From assembly GCA_965197675.1 (NCBI GenBank), contig OZ240221.1, forward strand, positions 2,268,669 through 2,332,668: DNA of 64,000 bases, written 5' to 3'. A program made the position numbers and the translations under genes. Origin of the DNA: Dehalococcoidia bacterium (GTDB lineage: Bacteria > Chloroflexota > Dehalococcoidia > Plut-88900). The notes beneath the pieces are model-generated. The model saw only the letters and a program-made list of their open reading frames with translations. It did not search any database and was not told the origin of the DNA. Shown one piece after another: positions 20,401-26,502 of the stretch (position 1 is the stretch's first letter; each line of letters starts with the position of its first letter).

Positions 20401-21746
20401 CCGTCAGCGGCAGCTCCAACCGCGTCACTAAGCTGGAGCTGAGCGGCAGGGGCCTTGCGGGCAGTATACCGGCGGGGTTGCAGAGTCTGGCTAACCTACA
20501 GACCCTCGACCTCTCCAACAACCAACTCCAGAACAACCCCTCACCCTCGGATGTTGCCATTCCGAACATGCGGCTCGAATCTCTAGTCACTCTGGACCTT
20601 TCCAACAACCAGTTAGACGGATCTATACCATCCGATCTGGATTCCTACTTCAGGAATCTGGAAAGCCTGGACCTATCTGACAACGACTTCACAGGGTCTA
20701 TACCCTCGGACCTGAGTGATCTATCGAGTCTCACCACTCTCAACCTTTCCAACAATCAGTTAAGCGGGTCAATACCCTCGGAATTGGGCGACCTCTCCGC
20801 CCAGGTTAGGTTATCCTTGGACGGCAACTCGCTCACCGGCTGCGTACCCGCCAGCGTGTGGCACCTGTCCAACAGCGATTCTCAAACCCTCGGGCTGTCG
20901 GTCTGTTCACCGGAACTGTCCTCTGTTGGAACACGGTGGGACTGCCCCGTAGCTACGAATCTAGATTCTTACAATGATGGTCGCAACATAGCTACTGGTT
21001 GGACCAATGATCGCGCATACCATAAGGCAGAGACAGACATCTACAGGGGTCTCTCTCTGAGTACCATGGCGGCCCTGTTAACCAATCCCGATGCTCCACG
21101 AAGCTACTGTCTATACGCTGTGGTCTCGAATGCATCCACCCGTCCCGTCACAACCACGCTGACCGGTACCGTTTACTCGGATGACCTAAACGACGTTGTT
21201 TCCGACAGCGTTTCCAGGGAGGGCTCAGGCGAGGAGCCCTGCACTAATGAGCCCACATGCATCTGGAAAAGCCACACGATGACCACCCCTCCCCAGGTTT
21301 CCACATTACCTATATCGAGCATACCGGATCTTGCGCTTTGGGCTTACGGCACCCATCAGATAACTTCCGGAGGTCAGACCATCACAGTCCGCACCTCCAG
21401 GGGATACACATATAGGACTCTTCTGTGGGAGCAACCCGTCCCGCCCCATGCCCCAGTAGCGTTCGCTGCGACGACAGTAGGAGCTTCCAGCGTCACCCTA
21501 GACTGGACGGTAGAGAGCGGGGTGGCCAAGTACCGGGTGGAGAGAAGCCCCAACGGCACGGATAGCTGGACTATACTAAGCTCGGAGATTACGACTGTGC
21601 CTTACACGGCGGCGGCTCCGGACTGTGAAACGACCTATGACTTCAGGATAAGAGCATTGGGTGACGGTGCTGCGTACCGTGCATCATGGGGGCCGCTCTC
21701 CGGGCCCATATCGACAACGACTACCGCGTGTCCCCCTAGCGAATAG
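17415..21746 (+). CDS. Giant membrane-anchored surface protein: N-terminal TM, poly-Pro stalk, two copies of an unknown Ser/Thr-rich domain, at least six FN3 domains, plant-type LRR module, unknown domain, C-terminal FN3
   Basis: 1443 aa. TM helix YGLIIAVSGVGLLVTALVVFLIFL, then PPPPPPPPPPP. FN3 signatures L.W..V..A..Y.LERR...W...TTYYF.V.A.GDG. LRR repeats L..LDLSNNQL.GSIPS.L..L. Confidence 0.85.
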   Translation: MSLIRDEERAEMSNYGLIIAVSGVGLLVTALVVFLIFLTIDPSPASAHVLCRYGPHSDTCNPHPHTHTPTPEPTSPPPPPPPPPPPASSPEIDIAGLLSSIQEGSSDSFTMRGSSLNSSHSYSIRVEASNSDIGFNSSCSDTSETAAVPSNRTSYSTTFTLYGCDTSGGTVTATLRRSSRFSTVTVDTDSQFVSVTAPPAAPAPTGLTVTSSDRYSVSLSWRSVSDAYRYKLERREGTSGSWSTISSGISGTSVTAGGLDCNTTYYFKVSARGDGSPYSTTFGGASGSVSRTTSECQTAPAPTGLTVTSSDQDSVALSWSSVSGAYRYKLERREGTSGSWSTISSSISGTSKTATGLDCNTTYYFRVSARGDGSPYSTTFGGASGSVSRTTSECQTAPAPTGLTVTSSDRYSVSLSWDSVSDAYRYKLERREGTSGSWSTVSSSISGTSKTATGLDCNTTYYFRVSARGDGSPYSTTFGTPSTTDVSSQTDACLPVFQFSPSPLALGGSSNVWTVPAEVTSVYVDVSFSSGFVKDTGAGDIEINRVDSSDTVLSTLEVDNENDSGTLMGAAAGSLIRIDVENDAFDTSYALVTLTFHSGSDDTGPELARATVQKESRPYSPTAPSTGTSWSVDDAAGSVTLSWGPGAARLGSNPDHYEVVIRDASNPSTPLYSNLNVDDSANPTTLTISGARTLGLEGTHTAEVRHCNTAGGCSLPFSITFTLAPLPDVSAPTLSVDSSTDTAITLSWNSVTGTSKYRLERRTSGSRPIADPWIEVDPEIPSIRTSHTADGLAGGTAYDFQVSAYGDGETHASKWGPWSTTFEASTLPSPTISISGVDTSLGDSDTEDSNDIFTVTASNLISSSTYSITVSTDNDKAAFDSACSERSKSVTFTATSASYTTTFTLYACRPGDVVVTASLGDASSASATQNVTIATRTIPASDVCDDGTVVSDHTSNPGLVSDCENLLLAIGTLKGTANTALNWSSTRVLSDWDGVTVSGSSNRVTKLELSGRGLAGSIPAGLQSLANLQTLDLSNNQLQNNPSPSDVAIPNMRLESLVTLDLSNNQLDGSIPSDLDSYFRNLESLDLSDNDFTGSIPSDLSDLSSLTTLNLSNNQLSGSIPSELGDLSAQVRLSLDGNSLTGCVPASVWHLSNSDSQTLGLSVCSPELSSVGTRWDCPVATNLDSYNDGRNIATGWTNDRAYHKAETDIYRGLSLSTMAALLTNPDAPRSYCLYAVVSNASTRPVTTTLTGTVYSDDLNDVVSDSVSREGSGEEPCTNEPTCIWKSHTMTTPPQVSTLPISSIPDLALWAYGTHQITSGGQTITVRTSRGYTYRTLLWEQPVPPHAPVAFAATTVGASSVTLDWTVESGVAKYRVERSPNGTDSWTILSSEITTVPYTAAAPDCETTYDFRIRALGDGAAYRASWGPLSGPISTTTTACPPSE
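18010..18891 (+). repeat. Three in-frame tandem 294-bp (98-aa) near-identical FN3-coding repeats inside the giant gene
   Basis: The anchor GCGCCCACCG recurs at 18021, 18315 and 18609 (period 294). Protein units APAPTGLTVTSSD..SWSTISS.ISGTS.TA.GLDCNTTYYF.VSARGDGSPYSTTFG differ at only a few residues. Confidence 0.9.
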
Positions 21747-21772
21747 GAACCTTAAAGAAAGCGAGAACTTGT

Positions 21773-22621
21773 ATGAGCATGCTTAGCGTGAAAACTCACC
21801 CCAAGCTGGCGTTCGGACTGCTGGTTATCGTCGCAGCGGGAATGGCTGGTCTTCTATGGTGGCTGATCCCCACTTCAGGTGGCGGCCGCGTTGACGCCCT
21901 TGCCGTCATCGAGGATGCCTGCTCGTATTCTAGTGAAGTAACATCTTACGACGCCACCGAACGCGGCACCTTCGACGGAGGCGTTGAATATTCATGGGTT
22001 GCTGAAACTCGCGTTAACAACATGGATTCCCACACCATAACCTACGATGAACAAGGTCTGGAAAGGGCTGAAGTAATTTACATAGCCTCCTTCGGCACCT
22101 ACACCCGGTACACCAACGAGCAGGGGGAATGGGGGGAATGGGTGGTGCAGCCATTCCCTGAGATCTTCTTGCAAGCTACTCCCGAATCCAATCCTTCGCC
22201 GGGTTCGGAGTCTAATCCGTCTCCGGGCTCCGAGGAAGACTCTGGGGTGGGACCCGTGGGCCAGGTCGATGAGACGATAACTGGTACTTCAAGGTTTTGC
22301 GGTTGGGAAGACTTGGTCAACGTCAGATACGTGGAAGATACCAGGGTGAACGATACCCCGGTTAAGCATTTTTCCGCTTCCATAGATCCGGAGTTGATCG
22401 GGGGAGGTGGAAACTACGAGAACTACGAGTACTGGGTGGACGAAGACGGAGGGTTAATCCAGTTCAAATGGGACGTCTTCTTCGATTCAAGAGGCGGGAG
22501 GCAGGAGGAGAGAGCGACTAGAACGGTCACCGCCTCCGGTCACGGAGAACCCAACGTCATCACCGCCCCGGTTGCACTCACCCCAACCCCAACCTCAACA
22601 TCAGGGTCCACCGTTCCCTAG
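21773..22621 (+). CDS. Signal-anchored paralogue 1 (LprG/LolA-like C-terminal half), type A
   Basis: 282 aa. N-terminal KTHPKLAFGLLVIVAAGMAGLLWWLIP helix, W(G/E)EW motif, acidic Pro/Gly linker, C-terminal FCG...VKHFSA..DPELIGGG..YE.WEYWVDE.G...GHGEPNVITAP. Confidence 0.8.
   Translation: MSMLSVKTHPKLAFGLLVIVAAGMAGLLWWLIPTSGGGRVDALAVIEDACSYSSEVTSYDATERGTFDGGVEYSWVAETRVNNMDSHTITYDEQGLERAEVIYIASFGTYTRYTNEQGEWGEWVVQPFPEIFLQATPESNPSPGSESNPSPGSEEDSGVGPVGQVDETITGTSRFCGWEDLVNVRYVEDTRVNDTPVKHFSASIDPELIGGGGNYENYEYWVDEDGGLIQFKWDVFFDSRGGRQEERATRTVTASGHGEPNVITAPVALTPTPTSTSGSTVP
22184..22231 (+). repeat. 2 x 24-bp in-frame duplication (ESNPSPGS x2) in the linker of paralogue 1
   Basis: Direct reading; paralogue 5 carries a single copy of the same segment. 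Confidence 0.8.
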
Positions 22622-22855
22622 CCATGGTAAGGGAGAGCCATCCTGAGAGCTCATCTAAAGCTGACGTTCGGACTGCTGGTTATCGTCGCAGCGGGAATAG
22701 CCGGTCTTCTATGGTGGCTCATCCCGTCCTCCGGTGGCGGTACTGTTGATGCCCTTGCCATCATCGAGGACGCCTGCCGACAGGCCGAAGCCGTAGATTC
22801 AGTAGACATAACCGTCCGAGGAACTAACACTCTGGGCGATGCAACACTCAAAGTT

Positions 22856-23482
22856 GTGGAGGAGTACCGCGTCAATGGACGAGACTGGCACAAGGCCATA
22901 TACGATGACCAAGGCAACTTATTGGCTGAGGTCTTCCTTGTGGACTACCATAGCTATGCCCGCGAAATCAACGAGGAGGGCCAATGGGGGGAATGGGAGA
23001 TATCAGCGCCACCTCAGGTGCTCTTGGAAGCGCTGGAGTCCAACTCCGAACCAGGCTCGGACGTAGGACCCACTGGCCAGGTCGATGGTTCGGATGTAGG
23101 GCCTACAGACCTAGTCGATGGTTCGGACGTAGGGCCTACAGGCCAGGTCGATGATCCGCCCGGCGGGGCTGAGACCTTCTGTGGCCTTTGGGATCTGCTG
23201 GACGTGACCTACCTGGGAGAGGGAATGGTGGGCGATACGGACGTCAAGCATTTTGCCGTGGAGGTCAACGAAGACTTGCCCGGAGAGGACGATTCCTACG
23301 AGAAATGGGAATACTGGATCGACTCCAATGGAAGGATCCTCCAAATCAAAGATGAAGTGTTCAAACCGGACGATTACGGGCCGTCCCAAAGGGTGGAGGC
23401 TACTACTACCTACCACGGGTTTGGAGAACCGAACGTCATCACCGCCCCGGACGTTCCCATCCCCGACGACTCCACCCCTTGA
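22856..23482 (+). CDS. Paralogue 2 (type B); the first canonical start is internal, and the open frame with the family signal-anchor extends upstream to 22631
   Basis: The frame is open from 22631 and encodes ..RAHLKLTFGLLVIVAAGIAGLLWWLIPSSGGG.., homologous to the N-termini of the other copies. It has no ATG/GTG/TTG before 22856. Confidence 0.6.
   Translation: MEEYRVNGRDWHKAIYDDQGNLLAEVFLVDYHSYAREINEEGQWGEWEISAPPQVLLEALESNSEPGSDVGPTGQVDGSDVGPTDLVDGSDVGPTGQVDDPPGGAETFCGLWDLLDVTYLGEGMVGDTDVKHFAVEVNEDLPGEDDSYEKWEYWIDSNGRILQIKDEVFKPDDYGPSQRVEATTTYHGFGEPNVITAPDVPIPDDSTP
23057..23155 (+). repeat. 3 x 33-bp in-frame tandem repeat (SDVGPTGQVDG-type) in the linker of paralogue 2
   Basis: Units start at 23057, 23090 and 23123. 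Confidence 0.85.
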
Positions 23483-23509
23483 TTATGTCCCGCTGAAGGA
23501 GCGCGGTGT

Positions 23510-24316
23510 GTGAGTATAGCTAAAGTGAAAACTCACCCCAAGCTGGCGTTCGGACTGCTGGTTATCGCTGCAGCGGGAATAGCCGGGCTCCTGTGGTGGC
23601 TCATCCCCACCTCCGGCGGCAGCCTCGTCGATGCTTCTGCCATAGTAAGAGACGCTTGCCAACAGGCCCAAGTCGAGGAAGCAGTGGACGTCACCATCCA
23701 GGGTTCAAGGACCAGCAGAGACTCGGCAATCAAGACGGTAACAGAGCTTCGAGCTAGCGGCCAAGACTTTCACCAGATCACCTATGATTCCAATGGCGTT
23801 GCCAGGGGTGAATGGATCATTCTCGACAACTGGGACTACTCTAGGGAAGCCAACGAGAACGGAGTATGGGGGGAGTGGGTGGTACAGAAGTTGCATGGAA
23901 CTGAGCCGGACCCCTTAGCACAGGAGGAGCCAGACCCTACTGGAACCGAGGCGGACCTCTTATTACAGGGGGAGCCAGGTCCCACTGGAACCGTTGATGA
24001 TGCGCCTTCAACAGGTGGGCCAGCGACGTTCTGTGGTATGGGTGGTCTGCTCGACGTCACTCACTTGGGAAATGCCAGGGTGGATAATACCCCAGTCAAG
24101 CACTTCTCCGCTCACGTAGACCCGGAGCTGATTGGGGGAGGGGACAACTACGATAGATACGAATTCTGGGTGGACGAAGGCGGTACGCTGCTGCAAGCCA
24201 AAGCGGATATCTACAGAGATTCGCGAGGAGGACTGCCAGAACACAGAGTGGAGTATACCGCTACTTACTCCGGTCATGGAGAACCCAACGTCATCACCGC
24301 CCCTGAGATTCCCTGA
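23510..24316 (+). CDS. Signal-anchored paralogue 3 (type C)
   Basis: 268 aa, same architecture as the other copies; nearly identical to paralogue 4 after residue 40. Confidence 0.8.
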   Translation: MSIAKVKTHPKLAFGLLVIAAAGIAGLLWWLIPTSGGSLVDASAIVRDACQQAQVEEAVDVTIQGSRTSRDSAIKTVTELRASGQDFHQITYDSNGVARGEWIILDNWDYSREANENGVWGEWVVQKLHGTEPDPLAQEEPDPTGTEADLLLQGEPGPTGTVDDAPSTGGPATFCGMGGLLDVTHLGNARVDNTPVKHFSAHVDPELIGGGDNYDRYEFWVDEGGTLLQAKADIYRDSRGGLPEHRVEYTATYSGHGEPNVITAPEIP

Positions 24317-24375
24317 ACAGTGAAGCGGGAAAATGACGCTGCACAGCCATACCCTGACCTTGAGAGAGGCACTAT

Positions 24376-25182
24376 GTGAACATGGTTAGCGTCAGAGCTC
24401 ATCCCAAGCTGGCGTTCACATTGGTGGTCGCCGTAGTAGTCGCAATGACCGGGATCCTGTGGTGGCTCATCCCTAACTCAGGTGGTGATGCCGTCGATGC
24501 TTCTGCCATAGTAAGAGACGCTTGCCAACAGGCCCAAGTCGAGGAATCAGTGGACGTCACCATCCAGGGTTCAAGGACCAGCAGAGACTCGGCAATCAAG
24601 ACGGTAACAGAGCTTCGAGCTAGCGGCCAAGACTTTCACCAGATCACCTATGATTCCAATGGCGTTGCCAGGGGTGAATGGATCATTCTCGACAACTGGG
24701 ACTACTCTAGAGAAGCCAACGAGAACGGAGTATGGGAGGAGTGGGTGGTACAGAAGTTGCATGGAACTGAGCCGGACCCCTTAGCACAGGAGGAGCCAGA
24801 CCCTACTGGAACCGAGGCGGACCTCTTATTACAGGGGGAGCCAGGTCCCACTGGAACCGTTGATGATGCGCCTTCAACAGGTGGGCCAGCGACGTTCTGT
24901 GGTATGGGTGGTCTGCTCGACGTCACTCACTTGGGAAATGCCAGGGTGGATGATACCCCTGTCAAGCACTTCTCCGCTCACGTAGACCCGGAGCTGATTG
25001 GGGGAGGGGACAACTACGATAGATACGAATTCTGGGTGGACGAAGGCGGTACGCTGCTGCAAGCCAAAGCGGATATCTACAGAGATTCGCGAGGAGGACT
25101 GCCAGAACACAGAGTGGAGTATACCGCTACTTACTCCGGTCATGGAGAACCCAATGTCATCACCGCCCCTGAGATTCCCTGA
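24376..25182 (+). CDS. Signal-anchored paralogue 4 (type C')
   Basis: 268 aa. Differs from paralogue 3 mainly in the TM-anchor region, plus A/S, G/E and N/D changes. The start could be the ATG at 24382. Confidence 0.8.
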   Translation: MNMVSVRAHPKLAFTLVVAVVVAMTGILWWLIPNSGGDAVDASAIVRDACQQAQVEESVDVTIQGSRTSRDSAIKTVTELRASGQDFHQITYDSNGVARGEWIILDNWDYSREANENGVWEEWVVQKLHGTEPDPLAQEEPDPTGTEADLLLQGEPGPTGTVDDAPSTGGPATFCGMGGLLDVTHLGNARVDDTPVKHFSAHVDPELIGGGDNYDRYEFWVDEGGTLLQAKADIYRDSRGGLPEHRVEYTATYSGHGEPNVITAPEIP

Positions 25183-25241
25183 ACAGTGAGGCGGGAAAAT
25201 GACGCTGCACAGCCATCCCCTGACCTTGAGAGAGGCGCTAT

Positions 25242-26093
25242 GTGAAAATGGTTAACATGAAGATTCATCGCAGGCTGGCGTTTGGGTTAGCGGTTATCGT
25301 CGCAGTGGGAATAGCCGGTCTTCTATGGTGGCTGATCCCCACCTCCGGCGGCAGCCTCGTCGATGCTCAGGCCATCATCGAGGACGCCTGCTCGTATCCT
25401 TCAGATGTATCGTATGCTTCAGATGTAATCTCATACGATATCACCGAACGAGGCACAAAAACTGCCTTAGACGGCGACGGTGAGTATTCATGGGTTTCGG
25501 AAATCCGTGTTAACGGCTTGGATTCCCATACCCTAACTTACTCCGAACAAACGGGCGGAAGAGCTGAAACCATTTACATAGCCTCCTTCGGCACCTACAT
25601 CCGTGAGACCAACGAGCACGGTGAATGGGGGGAATGGCAGGTGTATGCCTTCCCTGAGATCTTTATGCAGCCGACTCCCGAATCCAATCCTTCGCCGGGC
25701 TCCGAGGAAGACTCTGGAGTGGGACCCGTGGGCCAGGTCGATGAGACGATAACTGGTACTTCAAGGTTTTGCGGTGCAGATAATCTGGTCAACGTCAGAC
25801 AACTGGAAGATACCAGGGTAAACGACACTCCGGTTAAGCACTTCTCCGCCTCTGTAGACCCGGAACTGATCGGGAGAGGGGACAACTTTGAGAACTGGGA
25901 GTACTGGGTGGATGAAGACGGTAGAGCCATTCAGGTGAAATGGGACGTCTTCTTCGATTCAAGAGGAGGAAGGCGGGAGGAGAGAGTAACCAGAACGATT
26001 ACCGTCTCCGGATACGGAGAACTCAACGTCATAACTGCCCCGGTTGCACCCACCCCAACCCCAACCCCAACCTCAGGGTCCACCGTTCCCTAG
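25242..26093 (+). CDS. Signal-anchored paralogue 5 (type A')
   Basis: 283 aa, closest to paralogue 1. The linker and FCG region are near-identical at the DNA level. Confidence 0.8.
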   Translation: MKMVNMKIHRRLAFGLAVIVAVGIAGLLWWLIPTSGGSLVDAQAIIEDACSYPSDVSYASDVISYDITERGTKTALDGDGEYSWVSEIRVNGLDSHTLTYSEQTGGRAETIYIASFGTYIRETNEHGEWGEWQVYAFPEIFMQPTPESNPSPGSEEDSGVGPVGQVDETITGTSRFCGADNLVNVRQLEDTRVNDTPVKHFSASVDPELIGRGDNFENWEYWVDEDGRAIQVKWDVFFDSRGGRREERVTRTITVSGYGELNVITAPVAPTPTPTPTSGSTVP

Positions 26094-26155
26094 CCAGAGC
26101 GGGAGGTTTTGCATTAGCCTCGCTGGTCTCGAAGTAGGCAAGGGTCTACACGACA

Positions 26156-26245
26156 ATGGTTAACATGAAGCTTCATCCCAGGCTGGCGTTTGGATTGGTG
26201 GTTATCGTCGTGGCTGGAACTGGAGCTATAGACCCAAGGCCCTAG
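26156..26245 (+). pseudogene. Truncated sixth copy of the paralogue family (N-terminal anchor only)
   Basis: MVNMKLHPRLAFGLVVIVVAGTGAIDPRP*. The first ~20 codons match the N-terminus of paralogue 5 (MVNMKIHRRLAFGLAVIVAVG). Similarity then stops and a stop codon follows. Confidence 0.7.
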
Positions 26246-26322
26246 GCAGCGTTAGAGTCCTTCAGAGAAGCCACGGCCGCTTGGTACTATCTACTTAGTC
26301 CCAGCCCCCTTCTCCCCACCCG

Positions 26323-26453
26323 CCTGCCTGCTGCAGGCAGGTCATTCCCGTGCTTGACACGGGAATCCACCTCCCTCTGGTTGGGGGGTGGGGGCCTGTC
26401 CTGAGTCCCTCGAAGGGACGTGCCTCCATATACAAAAACTTACCAGGGGGCGG
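26323..26453. repeat. REP-like cluster of perfect hairpins plus a segment homologous to the 3' part of the 187-bp tandem repeat unit
   Basis: Hairpins: CCTGCCTGC-T-GCAGGCAGG (26323-26341), ATTCCCGTG-CTTGA-CACGGGAAT (26344-26366), GTCCC-TCGAA-GGGAC (26405-26419). TCCCTCTGG..GGGGGG..TGGGGG..CC-ATATACAAAAACTTACCAGGGGGCGG parallels TCCCTCTGGCGGGGGGCTTGGGGGGCGTCCCCCCATATCCAAAACCTACCGAGGGCGG at 54.5 kb. Confidence 0.7.
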
Positions 26454-26502
26454 TTGGGGAACAGGGCGTTTGCCTTTCCGGAGACAGGCTCCTTAGTCCA
26501 AT

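Larger units (their letters stand above)
23510..25241 (+). repeat. Tandem duplication, 2 x 866 bp (gene plus intergenic spacer)
   Basis: Gene starts at 23510 and 24376. From about 23627/24493 to about 24372/25238 I count only about ten substitutions by eye. The first ~115 bp of each gene are much more divergent. Confidence 0.85.

Noticed and set aside
18137-20608. Alternative-frame ORFs inside the giant gene (e.g. 18137..18346, 18725..19096, 20060..20431, 20270..20608)
   Set aside because: They are off-frame or antisense products of a long GC-rich, repeat-containing gene. Their translations are Arg/His/Gln-rich nonsense that repeats with the FN3 DNA repeats.
17415-26245. Polymorphic-toxin/immunity locus (large exported protein followed by an array of small paralogues)
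   Set aside because: The giant protein ends in an FN3 domain rather than a recognisable toxin tip. The small paralogues carry N-terminal membrane anchors and look extracytoplasmic, unlike typical cytoplasmic immunity proteins. No Rhs/CdiA/WXG-type delivery motifs were seen.
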